From contig CAWEXO010000011.1 of NCBI GenBank assembly GCA_963813025.1, positions 320,001-384,000 of the forward strand: 64,000 nt of DNA, written 5' to 3'. The stretch comes from an uncultured Verrucomicrobiae bacterium (GTDB lineage Bacteria; Verrucomicrobiota; Verrucomicrobiia; Chthoniobacterales; JAFAMB01). The notes under the pieces are model-generated. The model saw only the letters and a program-made list of their open reading frames with translations, was not told where the DNA came from and ran no database searches. Both the position numbers and the translations under genes were made by a program. Below, piece after piece: positions 35,650-44,750 of the stretch. How positions within the stretch are numbered: position 1 is the first letter of the stretch; every line of letters starts with the position of its first letter.

Positions 35650-36628
35650 TTAGAATCTTCTCCGTCGCATCGGCAATCTCTTCCGCGTGCGACAATCGGT
35701 TGCACCAATCTCGCGGTATTCCCGAAAATCCCAGACGACCGGCGAGCCATGCGCCGATCAGGGCTGCCCGCCCGGCGTTATCGCCGCCCGCTTTGACTGT
35801 TTCCAGAATCGCTGTCTCGAAACTGTCGGAGTGTCGCAAAAAAGCATGGATCGCCGAGGGAAAACTGTGCTCCAGGGGACACGACTGGCCGAGTTCCAGG
35901 GTTGTTTCGATCACGTCCTTGGGCAGGTGCTGGACACCCTGGTTGCTCAGACGCACAATTTCCAAGCCGCTCGGGGTTTTTGACCAGATCGCCTCATTCT
36001 GCGTCTCGACAAGTGCGTCGCTAACCTCTAATCCATCGAGGATCTTTGCCAGAAACAGCGCGGAAAACAGCGCGCAACCGATCGCGAGATCATTGTTTTG
36101 ACAAACGCGCGCCAGCGACTCGACAATCGAGGGCAGGTTCGGGTCGCGCCAATAGCGCACCACGACGCTGGCCAGACGCGACGCCGTTGCAAGTTGATCA
36201 TCGTCCGCCCCTTGTTGGAAATCGAATTCATCTGCTGAGCTCCGCTCGGTAAACTGGTCAAAAATCTGCACTGTGTCCCGGGTAGCGTGATCCAGGTACC
36301 CAGAATAAGTCTTATCGCGGAAAGTGTTCACAAATCGCCGCCCAAAACTTCTCGGATCAAATCCACCATCCTCTGCCATCGTCTTGGCCAAGAGCAAAGC
36401 CGCATCGCCGTAGTGGGTCTGGTCGCCCGAACTCTTGCCGGCGTGGTAATGGTTCGGCAATGGCTTTTCAAAACCGCGAACACCTCCCGGAAATTTCGCC
36501 TTCTGCTTTGCCAGATCATAGATCCAGTGCGTGCCCAAAGCCGCCGCGTCACCAACGAATTGTCCCCAAATGGCGCCTCGGAGCCGATCGACCAAGTTCC
36601 GCTTCTCAGTACCTTCTCCCGCAATCAT
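35576..36628 (-). CDS. ADP-ribosylglycohydrolase family protein
   Basis: LRGAIWGQFVGDAAAL, GDQTHYGD, AGGDNAGRAALIGA..GIPRDW; last ~24 aa lie inside the repeat element. Confidence 0.88.
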   Translation of the reverse strand: MIAGEGTEKRNLVDRLRGAIWGQFVGDAAALGTHWIYDLAKQKAKFPGGVRGFEKPLPNHYHAGKSSGDQTHYGDAALLLAKTMAEDGGFDPRSFGRRFVNTFRDKTYSGYLDHATRDTVQIFDQFTERSSADEFDFQQGADDDQLATASRLASVVVRYWRDPNLPSIVESLARVCQNNDLAIGCALFSALFLAKILDGLEVSDALVETQNEAIWSKTPSGLEIVRLSNQGVQHLPKDVIETTLELGQSCPLEHSFPSAIHAFLRHSDSFETAILETVKAGGDNAGRAALIGAWLAGRLGFSGIPRDWCNRLSHAEEIADATEKILKLSNWSGNSQSSGGSGGSGFSGGR

Positions 36629-36751
36629 ACCCCGAAGTTAGTGGACGGAACTCTTTGATGCAAAAATTGCTACTGCTCAACATTTGAACTTTAGTGGTTC
36701 TTGCGCAATGGATCTCGTCGTCGATAGCGGCGGATGTGACGAAAGCTGTAA

Positions 36752-37711
36752 ATGATAATCGTGCGTTGGCTAAAAATTCTGCCCTTGATTGGACTGGGTT
36801 GGGTTGTCTTCGAAGGTGTTCCGGCACAAGCCTCTCCTTCTCACCGATCCAGCAAAACATCAAAGAAATCGACGACCTCGGAGCATGCCAGACACCATGC
36901 GAAGCACTCAACGACGAGCGAGCGGAGCTCCGTTTCCCGCGGCAAGGGTTCGCGCCGGCACAGAGATAAGATCGCCCGGAGCAGCCACTACCACCACTCG
37001 CGCCGGCATTTTGCCGCTCGACGGGACCAAGGACCGCGACAAGAGCGGCCGCCGGAAGAGGTTTTGCCACCGGGACACAGGTTTACTCCTGAAGAAAAGG
37101 CAGAGGTCAGCGCACTCGGTGTCTATGTGGAGAACGGCATGTGGAAAGACGCCCTGAAGTTCTCGACGAAAGCGGTGAGAGCACATCCGGAACGTTGGTG
37201 GTTGCAAGCAGCGCGGGCAGCAGCGGCGGCCAATCTCGATCGGCCGAAAGACGTCATCGATGCCGTCGATCAGGCGCTCCAAACGAACAATGGAGACGCT
37301 AATCACGTGAATCTGGCGGAACTCTACACTTTGAAAGCCAATGCGCTTAGCCGGCTCAACCGGAAAGCTGAGGCGATTAACACATTTAACCTTGCGGCGC
37401 AAACAGCTCCCAAGGACGCCTACAGCCGCGCGGGAGCTGCGTGGCTTTACGCGACCTGCAAAGACGCCTCGATCCGAAACGGCGACTCAGCGGTCGCGCT
37501 GGCGACTGAGGCAGCGAACCTGACCCTGCAGCGAGACGCGACTGTGCTTGACGTGCTGGCTGCCGCCTACGCCGAGAAGGGCGATTTCGCCGCGGCCCAG
37601 CATTGGGAAGGCAAAGCGATCCTCGGCACCAACGCCCAGGACGCACCCTATTTTCAGCAGCGGTTGCAATTCTATCAGGCCGGCAAGCCCTGGCGCGAAG
37701 ACAGCCACTGA
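36752..37711 (+). CDS. Secreted tetratricopeptide repeat protein with a basic His/Arg/Ser-rich N-terminal segment
   Basis: Reads ATG ATA ATC GTG.. on the + strand (the ORF track labels it '-', which the sequence contradicts); signal peptide, AWLYATC..RNG..A, LDVLAAAYAEKGDF. Confidence 0.8.
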   Translation: MIIVRWLKILPLIGLGWVVFEGVPAQASPSHRSSKTSKKSTTSEHARHHAKHSTTSERSSVSRGKGSRRHRDKIARSSHYHHSRRHFAARRDQGPRQERPPEEVLPPGHRFTPEEKAEVSALGVYVENGMWKDALKFSTKAVRAHPERWWLQAARAAAAANLDRPKDVIDAVDQALQTNNGDANHVNLAELYTLKANALSRLNRKAEAINTFNLAAQTAPKDAYSRAGAAWLYATCKDASIRNGDSAVALATEAANLTLQRDATVLDVLAAAYAEKGDFAAAQHWEGKAILGTNAQDAPYFQQRLQFYQAGKPWREDSH

Positions 37712-37971
37712 CAGCTGAGCAGCTGATCAGGTAACAGTCATTTGAGCGGAGGGAGCGGCGGGAGCGGCTTCAGCGGAAAGAGGTAGCGTGAAAGCTCAGA
37801 AACTGTAAAACTGGCCACGTGCCTAGATCAGGAATGACCGTGGAATATTTTTACCACAGGGAATGACAACCTGTTCGGAGTTGTTCAACTGCGCAGTTAC
37901 CTCCCGCCGATGAAGCCGCTCCCGCCGCTCCCTCCGCTCAGATGACTCTTACCTGGTCAGCTGCTCAGCTG
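37712..37971. mobile_element. ~250-bp long-inverted-repeat element, copy 2 (core reversed relative to copy 1)
   Basis: CAGCTGAGCAGCTGATCAGGTAACAGTC.. and ..GACTCTTACCTGGTCAGCTGCTCAGCTG; core AAGCTCAGAAACTG / CAACCTGTTCGGAGTT matches the copy 1 reverse complement. Confidence 0.8.
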
Positions 37972-39146
37972 GATGGATGGTCGGGAGTAACTGATAGGAC
38001 CCGTTAGGGACCGCGTAGGCATAGGGATGCGCTGCGTCCGGGACTGTGGGGTATTGGTAAAGGTCATCGGGCGGCGTGCCGGGCGAGGGTCGCAGAATCG
38101 TTACCGATTGCCTGGTCATGCCCGGCGATAGCTTGATGTTACGCATCGTGGTCAAATGATACGGCTGGTTCAGCACGAATTCCCTTTCCGCTTCGCGTTT
38201 TCTCGTATTCGTGACCATAACAAAGTCCGGCGTTCCAACCTTAGCCATCGCCGAGAAGGCTGCAAAACGGCTATGGCGCACATCATCAAGGACCACCGGT
38301 GGCCGTTCGTCTTCGACACCGTAAGTGAGCTGGACGTTGCGCACGGTGAGACCTTGCACGTGGTGCGCGTACAATCCGTAGGCAGGCAATATCCCAAACA
38401 TGCTGGGTTCCGGATATTCGCGCGGCGCTGCCGGAACGTTGTACGGATCGTTAATCCACGCGCCCATGCCACCGTTAGCCTGCGGATCCCAGCTGATGCG
38501 AGGCAACAGCTCCTCGTTATGATCTGCGGAGGATCCGTTGACCATCCCGGTGATGGACTCGGTAGCAGGTTCGGCCTGATACGCCGTGTACTGATGCTGG
38601 AGAGTGATTTGGCGCTGATCGATCGCATCCTGCAGCTTCAATCCGCCTCGATACTCGACGCTCACGTTGCTGATGCTTACATTCTGTACGGGGTGGCCTA
38701 CCAGTCCCGCGATCAATCCCATCGCGATTGCTGTCGACTAGAATCCTGTCGATGGTCCAATTTCGGACCCCGGTTCCCAGAATCCCGAAATGACCGCCGT
38801 ATTTGATTCTGAAGTCGCGCAAGACAATGTCGTCGGCGTTCTTGAGTGCAATTGCCTTATTCGCCCCGCCTGGATTGCCGGCCGCTGTGCGGACCGTGAC
38901 TTCGTCCGGATCAGAACTAGACAACACCGGACCTTTTGCATTGGGCAAAGCCCTCACGCCGCTTCCGGTCGCGAGCGGGATCCGCGAGCCGAGCCCGTCA
39001 TCAAACACCTCGGCGTTCGCGGGCGACTGACACACGATCGAGGTGGAAAGGAGACCAACTGAAGCCAAAATAGTCAGACAACTTGGGGCGCTCTTGGCCG
39101 CAGGCACAGAGAATCTCATAACTTTAGGCACGAGGAGATTTTTCAT
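37949..39146 (-). pseudogene. Glycoside hydrolase family 28 (polygalacturonase-like) remnant with internal deletion and frameshift
   Basis: NKAIALKN..GGHFGIL..DSNRDGID joins out of frame, near 38720, to a C-terminal block IAGLVGHPVQNVSISNV..YPEPSMFG.LPAYGLY; central catalytic region (DD, K.GTES) absent. Confidence 0.7.
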
Positions 39147-39377
39147 AGAGGGATGGGGAACGATGTCGTTCGTTTTGTTGATCAATTTAGCGGCGGATGA
39201 AAGTCGGCGGCGTCGAGAAAAGGGCATTCCCGTCGCTGGGCAAGGTGGCGCCTACCGTGCTCTTGCCAGAACCGGAAACCCCTATGAGAAACACGGCTCT
39301 GGGCCCACTATCGGGCATATAGAAAACTTTGTGCTTCGGTCTGTTGCAAATCAGTCAGATGCTGCGGTAGAACGCGA

Positions 39378-40706
39378 TCATCGCTTCTCCAATTCGAGCG
39401 CTGACAGCTCCTCGAATTTGGGCGCGAACAGATGGTTAAGCGCGAACGCGACTAGATAGGCAAAAGCGCAGATGAGGAACAAAACGGTGTAGCCACCGGT
39501 GACATTGCCGGCGGCTGTGAACTTGTCCAACAAGAGGCCGCAGACGATCGGGAAAACCATCCCCCCAGTTGAACCCGCTGCGCTGCCTAAGCCGATAAGA
39601 GATGCCACCGCGTCCTTCGGGAACATGTCAGAAGCCGTTGAGTAGAGGTTCGCCGACCACGCCTGGTGCGCAGACCCCGCCAGCGCAATCAGGAAAACTG
39701 CACTCCAGTTGCCGACACTTGTAGCAAACAAAATCGGCACCACACAGAGCGCAAAAAAGAACATCGAGGTTTTGCGCGCGCGAGTAACACTCCAGCCACG
39801 CTTCATCAGGTACCCTGGCAACCAGCCACCGATATTGCTGAGCACTGTGATGATTGCGTAGATCGTCGCCAGATGCATCCAACTGTGCGCGATGTCGAGA
39901 TTGCGCGTCTTTTTAAAATAATCGGGCAGCCAGATAAGGAAAAACCACCAGACCGGATCGGTCAGAAATCTTGCGACGATGATGGACCACGCTTGACGGT
40001 ATTTGAACAAGCTTAGCCCAGGGACCTTGCCGGCACCTTCAGCGTGCGATTCGTCGCGGTCACTCTGGATGTAAGCAAGCTCGTCGGCGCTCAGGCGTTT
40101 CTCTCGCTCCGGCACGTTGTAAAGCGGGATCCAGAAAGCCAACCAGATAAAACCTGCGACCCCTGCCACGATGAACGCCATTTGCCAGCCCCAGGTGAGC
40201 GCAATCCATGGGATGATGATCGGGGCAATGACTGGCCCGAAATTTGAACCCGAATTAAATAAGCTCGTGGCGAAGGTCCGTTCTTTCTTGGGGAACCAGA
40301 GCGCCACTGTTTTAATCGACGAAGGAAAATTACCGGCTTCACTTATTCCCAAACAGATGCGAGCGGCGAAAAATCCACCTACGCTAGTCACGAGCGCATG
40401 CCCCATCGCTGCGATGCTCCACCCGGTAATCGAAAGGGCATATCCGATTTTGCTTCCCAAGCGGTCTACCAAATATCCGAAGATTAGTCCGCCGACGGCC
40501 TAGGCGCCTTGGAAAGCTGAGTTCACCGCGCCAAACTCCTCATTGCTCCAGTGCAGTTGATTATCGAGGATCGGCTTTAGCAGGGACAGAATTTGCCGGT
40601 CCATGTAGTTGACCGTCGTTGCGAAGAATAACAGCCCACAAACCACCCACCGATAGCGTCCGATGGTGGTTCGGGTTTCGGGCTTAGCTTTCAGATCTTG
40701 TAACAT
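39378..40706 (-). pseudogene. exuT: Hexuronate MFS transporter (ExuT-like) with an in-frame TAG at 40500-40502
   Basis: RYRWVVCGLLFFATTVNYMDRQ, EAGNFP, WFPKKER, FLTDPVWWF..WLP, HQAWSAN; ORFs 40500..40706 and 39378..40472 are in the same frame. Confidence 0.8.
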
Positions 40707-40741
40707 TTCTTCCTCCTTTCATTGGCTACCCTCTAGTCACA

Positions 40742-41896
40742 TGTCTCTTAAATAATAGTGACATTTATTTCTCCTCAAGAGCGGCCTGCCAAGCGCGCTG
40801 GATCTTGGCCAGAATCTCTTCTCCTTGAGCCCTCCAAACATAACGCTTCGGATGGAGATTATGTTGAGCCAGGTATTGCATGATCGCCTCAACCAGTTGG
40901 CCGACACTGCCAAAGCTGCCGGGCAGGATCGTCTGCTGGCTCAGATCGCGGAAGAAGCGCTCGACCATATTCATCCAGGAGGAACTGGTTGGGGTAAAGT
41001 GCAGTTCGAAACGCGGATGGCGTTCCAACCAACGCCGGACGCTCGGATGTTTGTGAGTGGCGTAATTGTCCAGAATGATGTGGATGTGTTGGCTCACGGG
41101 GATCTCCCGGTCAATGCGCTTGAGGAATTCGAGCCATTGGCGGTGCGTGTGTTTGTGAGCGGTGTGGGCGATTACTTTTCCCTGCAGGTAGTCGAGCGCG
41201 GCAAAGAGGGTGACCGTGCCATTGCGATAGTAATCGTGGGTTTGGGTACGAATATGCCCTTTGCCCAGCGGCAGACCGGGTTGGCTGCGTTGCAGCGCTT
41301 GGATCTGGCTTTTCTCGTCACAGCAAAGCACCACCGCATTCTGGGGCGGATTGAGGTAGAGCCCGATCACGTCCCAAAACTTCGCTTCAAAGTCCGGATC
41401 GGTCGAAAGCTTAAAGACCCGTGTCAGATGCGGCTTGATTTCATTCTCGCTCCAAACCCGCTGCACGGTTGCCTTGGACAGTCCCAACTCCCGAGCCATT
41501 GCTCGACAAGTCCAGCGCGCTTGACCGTGCGGAGGCCGGGTGGCTTGATCGAGGATCTGCCGCAAGACAGCGGCTGCAATGCGGCCCTTACGGCCCGAGC
41601 GCGGCTGATCCTGCAAAGCGGCCAGCCCGCCTTCGCTGAAGCGCCTTCGCCACTTCCTGACTTGGTTATAGTGCATATCGACCTCTCGGCCGATGCTCCG
41701 ATCCCTTTTGCCTGCTGCCGCCAACTGGATCACTCGCGCCCGTTGGGCCAAGCCATGAGGAGTGCTTTGGGCGCGCAGCAATTGCTGCAGTCGCTGCTCT
41801 TCAGCCGAACTCAATTCCACTTTTCGCCGCGCCCGCTTAGCCATGCAGCCAGCGAAGCATTTTTCTCTTAGAATGTCACTATTATTTAAGAGACAC
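40742..41896 (-). mobile_element. IS630-family insertion sequence
   Basis: Perfect 24-bp TIRs TGTCTCTTAAATAATAGTGACATT (40742-40765 / 41872-41895) in a CTAG context, enclosing the transposase. Confidence 0.93.
40765..41844 (-). CDS. IS630-family transposase
   Basis: HTH region, CCDEKSQIQAL, THDYYRNGT.TLFAALD, ILDNYATHK, HFTPTSSSWMNMVERFF. Confidence 0.96.
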   Translation of the reverse strand: MAKRARRKVELSSAEEQRLQQLLRAQSTPHGLAQRARVIQLAAAGKRDRSIGREVDMHYNQVRKWRRRFSEGGLAALQDQPRSGRKGRIAAAVLRQILDQATRPPHGQARWTCRAMARELGLSKATVQRVWSENEIKPHLTRVFKLSTDPDFEAKFWDVIGLYLNPPQNAVVLCCDEKSQIQALQRSQPGLPLGKGHIRTQTHDYYRNGTVTLFAALDYLQGKVIAHTAHKHTHRQWLEFLKRIDREIPVSQHIHIILDNYATHKHPSVRRWLERHPRFELHFTPTSSSWMNMVERFFRDLSQQTILPGSFGSVGQLVEAIMQYLAQHNLHPKRYVWRAQGEEILAKIQRAWQAALEEK

Positions 41897-42026
41897 TAGA
41901 CTAGTCCCGAATCAACGTTCCATCGCGATCAATCCAAGGTAAGCTGCAAAAGCGGATGACAGTTAAACCTCCGGAAGTCCAACGCCCGGCGCTTGACCCT
42001 CCGGCTTTTCTTCTGCGCCGACTGTT

Positions 42027-43271
42027 TCATGTGAAGATGGGCTGCAAATGGCGGTTAAAAAGATTTTCCGTGACGTTCCTGCCGATGATTTCCTTGTTTG
42101 CTTCAAGTGCGTAGGTAAATCGCTTTCCCATCCCGGCAGCGACCTTAAAGCCGATGTGTAACAGCTGGCGGAAATTGGGATCGTAACGAGGAGATGACTC
42201 TACGTGGCGCAGCGCGCTTTGGTATTGCGCGGAACTCCAGTCCATGACGGATTTGGGGTCCGGCAGTTTGCTCGGGTCAATGTCAATCACCGTGGAATAG
42301 GGAACGGCCAGCTCCGCAAAATGCTCGTGCGCCTGGGCGTAGATCTCTTTGACCAGCGCCAGCCCTTCGCCGCCCGATTCGGCTAGCCCGATCACCTCTT
42401 CGAGCCAGGTCGTGCCCGCCGTTTTGACGTGTAAACCAGCGTCATGTTTTTTGATCAGCCGGTTAATAATCGGGTAGATTGAAAACTTGTCGCTGCCGGA
42501 ATGGACACTCAATTTGAGGGTATCGGCGAGCCCGAATTCGCGGACGGCGAAGGCGATAACATTCAGGTCTTCGTCAAACTCTGTCTCAAACTTCTCGTAA
42601 TCCCCGACGTAATCGACTCCTTTGTTGAAGCGTCCGGTGAACTTTGGAGCAATTGTTTGGACGGGTATTCCTTCCTTGGCGATCATCGCCAGAATCAGGA
42701 ACAGCTCAACAGGGTTTTGCGGCGCGTCGGTTTCGTCGACGGAGACTTCAGTAACAAAGTTCTCGGAACCTTTCCTTTCCTCCACGTGCCGATAGATCCG
42801 ACCCGCCTCTTGTATCGCGAGCAAGAATTTACTGGCGGCTCCAACCACGGTCTCCTTGGTGATGGCAAAAGGCCGCTCGATTCCCGGAATGGAGAGCGAG
42901 CCGGTGTAGCGACGCACCGCTTTCAAGAAAGTTTCGACTGCTGTGGTTTCGGCCACTTTGCCGGTGAAATCCGCCACGTCGAGAGTAAAAAAGTCGCTCG
43001 CCGGAATAAACGGGTCCACCGTCTTCAGGCCGATGTGGTCAGCGTCGACGTAGTAAGCTCCCGCAAAGCCCAGCGCGGCTACCGCGGCGTCGGCCTCGGC
43101 TCGAACATCGTTCGGTTGGCTTTTGATGATCAAATGCTCGCGATTGGATTTGTTCCACACCGGGTGAACATCGATGCCCGCTTCGCGCACACGCAGGATG
43201 GCCTGGAGTTGCGACCGCCCTTGATGTGCAAACCGGTCGCCGATTCCGAAAGTGTATTTTTGGATCTTCAC
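42027..43271 (-). CDS. uxaE: Tagaturonate/fructuronate epimerase (UxaE family)
   Basis: FGIGDRF, DADHI, EVSVDET, IAPKFTGRFNKGVDYVGD, KLSVHSGSDKFSIY, HVKTAGTTWLEE. Confidence 0.88.
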   Translation of the reverse strand: MKIQKYTFGIGDRFAHQGRSQLQAILRVREAGIDVHPVWNKSNREHLIIKSQPNDVRAEADAAVAALGFAGAYYVDADHIGLKTVDPFIPASDFFTLDVADFTGKVAETTAVETFLKAVRRYTGSLSIPGIERPFAITKETVVGAASKFLLAIQEAGRIYRHVEERKGSENFVTEVSVDETDAPQNPVELFLILAMIAKEGIPVQTIAPKFTGRFNKGVDYVGDYEKFETEFDEDLNVIAFAVREFGLADTLKLSVHSGSDKFSIYPIINRLIKKHDAGLHVKTAGTTWLEEVIGLAESGGEGLALVKEIYAQAHEHFAELAVPYSTVIDIDPSKLPDPKSVMDWSSAQYQSALRHVESSPRYDPNFRQLLHIGFKVAAGMGKRFTYALEANKEIIGRNVTENLFNRHLQPIFT

Positions 43272-43355
43272 GATTGATCAAGGAGAACTGGCTGCAAGCG
43301 GGGGGATGACTTAGTTCTTCGGCTGTTCCGAGATACGTCCAAAAACCGGAAACGC

Positions 43356-43575
43356 TTGGCCGGACCAATGGCCTTACCACTTGACCACTACGTAGCTTGT
43401 GCGAGCCTGTCAAGCGCCCCGCCAACAGAATTACTGCGGTTGTGCAGAGTTTGCTCGCCGCGGTAATCGGGTTTGGAACTGAAACGGACCGCTCCTTGCG
43501 CCAGAATGGGCTCCATACCAAGCCCGGGTCAATTCGATAACGCCCGAGAGGAAAGTTTGGTCAAATGGTCAGGCC
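43356..43575. promoter_or_regulatory. Candidate GntR/FadR operators in the divergent uxaE-gntR promoter region
   Basis: TTGGCCGGACCAA (43356-43368); GGCCTTACCACTTGACCA (43370-43387) and its inverted counterpart TGGTCAAATGGTCAGGCC (43558-43575), 16/18 match. Confidence 0.6.
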
Positions 43576-43609
43576 TTGCTTTTTAACTTGTTGAAAATAC
43601 GTTCGCCTT

Positions 43610-44428
43610 ATGCCGATCCAACCCGTCGAGGCGCGCCGTCTTTACCTGCAAATCGCCGATCAGGTCCGGTCGCTAATCGCCGCTGGAGAGTTTCCGCCCG
43701 ACAGTCGTCTTCCCGCCGAACGAGAACTGGCCAAGCGATTTGGCGTCTCCCGGCCGACCTTGCGGGAAGCGCTGATTGCTTTGGAGGTGAAAGGCTACGT
43801 CGACGTGCGTCCCGGCTCAGGAATCGTTGTCACGACGCCAAAGAGCGTGCCGCTGGACGGTTCGCTCGAGGAGGGCCCGCTGGAAATTCTGAGGGCTCGA
43901 AGCCTCATCGAAGGGGAGATCGCGGCGGAGGCGGCTGTGGCTATGAAGCCGCAGGACGTTGCCGCACTCGAACAGAGTCTCCTGACAATGGATGTTGCGG
44001 CGGCAAACCAGCAGGCTCTCCAGGCCGCCGACCGGCAGTTTCATCTGTACATTGCGGCGAAGCTCGCGAACAAAGTCCTCCTGCGGCTGCTCACGGAATT
44101 GCTTGATCAGCGTGACCGCACTTTGGCTCGGCAGTTCGCGATCCACTTTGATGACGCAAAGACCTGGAATGCGGTCCTGGACGAACACCGTAAGGTGGTG
44201 GCGGCTCTAGCGACGCGCGATCCCGCGCGAGCCCGCAAAGCGATGCGCGACCATCTGCGAAAGGCGCACAACCGTTGGGCTCACGAGTTGGACCGGGACG
44301 CCAAAGCCGGCCTTAAAAATGGCAAGAGGCGAGTCTTTAATCAGGGAGCGGCTGATCAGGCAGCAGTCAATCGAGCGGTGGGAGCGGCGGGAGCGGAGGA
44401 ATGTAACTGGGCAGTTGAAGAACTCTGA
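43610..44428 (+). CDS. GntR/FadR family transcriptional regulator
   Basis: RLYLQIADQV..RLPAERELAKRFGVSRPTLREAL; FCD domain ADRQFH..EH..MRDHL; tail lies inside repeat copy 3. Confidence 0.93.
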   Translation: MPIQPVEARRLYLQIADQVRSLIAAGEFPPDSRLPAERELAKRFGVSRPTLREALIALEVKGYVDVRPGSGIVVTTPKSVPLDGSLEEGPLEILRARSLIEGEIAAEAAVAMKPQDVAALEQSLLTMDVAAANQQALQAADRQFHLYIAAKLANKVLLRLLTELLDQRDRTLARQFAIHFDDAKTWNAVLDEHRKVVAALATRDPARARKAMRDHLRKAHNRWAHELDRDAKAGLKNGKRRVFNQGAADQAAVNRAVGAAGAEECNWAVEEL

Positions 44429-44570
44429 GCAGATTGGCATCGCGGAGGCTAAAAAAGCCTTCCGTTTATTCGGCCTCCGGGCGGATGGTCAGTTAATGTA
44501 TGCGGCTGAAGCATCTGACGACGAAAAAGTGCTGCCGCTCGACCGCTGCCTGCAAGGCCTGTGCTAACTG
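44342..44570. mobile_element. ~250-bp long-inverted-repeat element, copy 3 (degenerate right arm)
   Basis: GCTGATCAGGCAGCAGTCAATCGAGCGGTGGGAGCGGCGGGAGCGG then core CTGGGCAGTTGAAGAACTCTGAGCAGATTGGCATC, homologous to copies 1 and 4. Confidence 0.7.
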
Positions 44571-44750
44571 AAAGCCAGACGAGATTCTTTTCCTAGCTTA
44601 CCCTTTCCGCGGGTAATGCCTTCAAGATCTTCGACGCCGAAAACGTTGAAACGCGTCACGGTTTCGCCGATCGGCCAGGGTCATCTCGGGCTCCTAGCTT
44701 CTTCGTTGCATTTGCTTCTTGGTCGGAATGCACGTAATTCCCTCGCGATA

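Noticed and set aside
35576..36628. ADP-ribosylation toxin-antitoxin or defence system
   Set aside because: No ADP-ribosyltransferase or other partner recognisable nearby; stand-alone ARH genes are common.
36752..37711. Minus-strand assignment of this ORF in the supplied track
   Set aside because: The listed protein is encoded on the + strand, from ATG at 36752 to TGA at 37711.
40500..40502. Genome-wide TAG recoding or pyrrolysine
   Set aside because: TAG terminates many normal genes here (cysK, hrpB, rpoZ, purC); no pyl genes visible.
40825..41871. 348-aa ORF antisense to the IS630 transposase
   Set aside because: Shadow ORF typical of GC-rich coding DNA, like the antisense ORFs over cysK, hrpB, bamA and uxaE.
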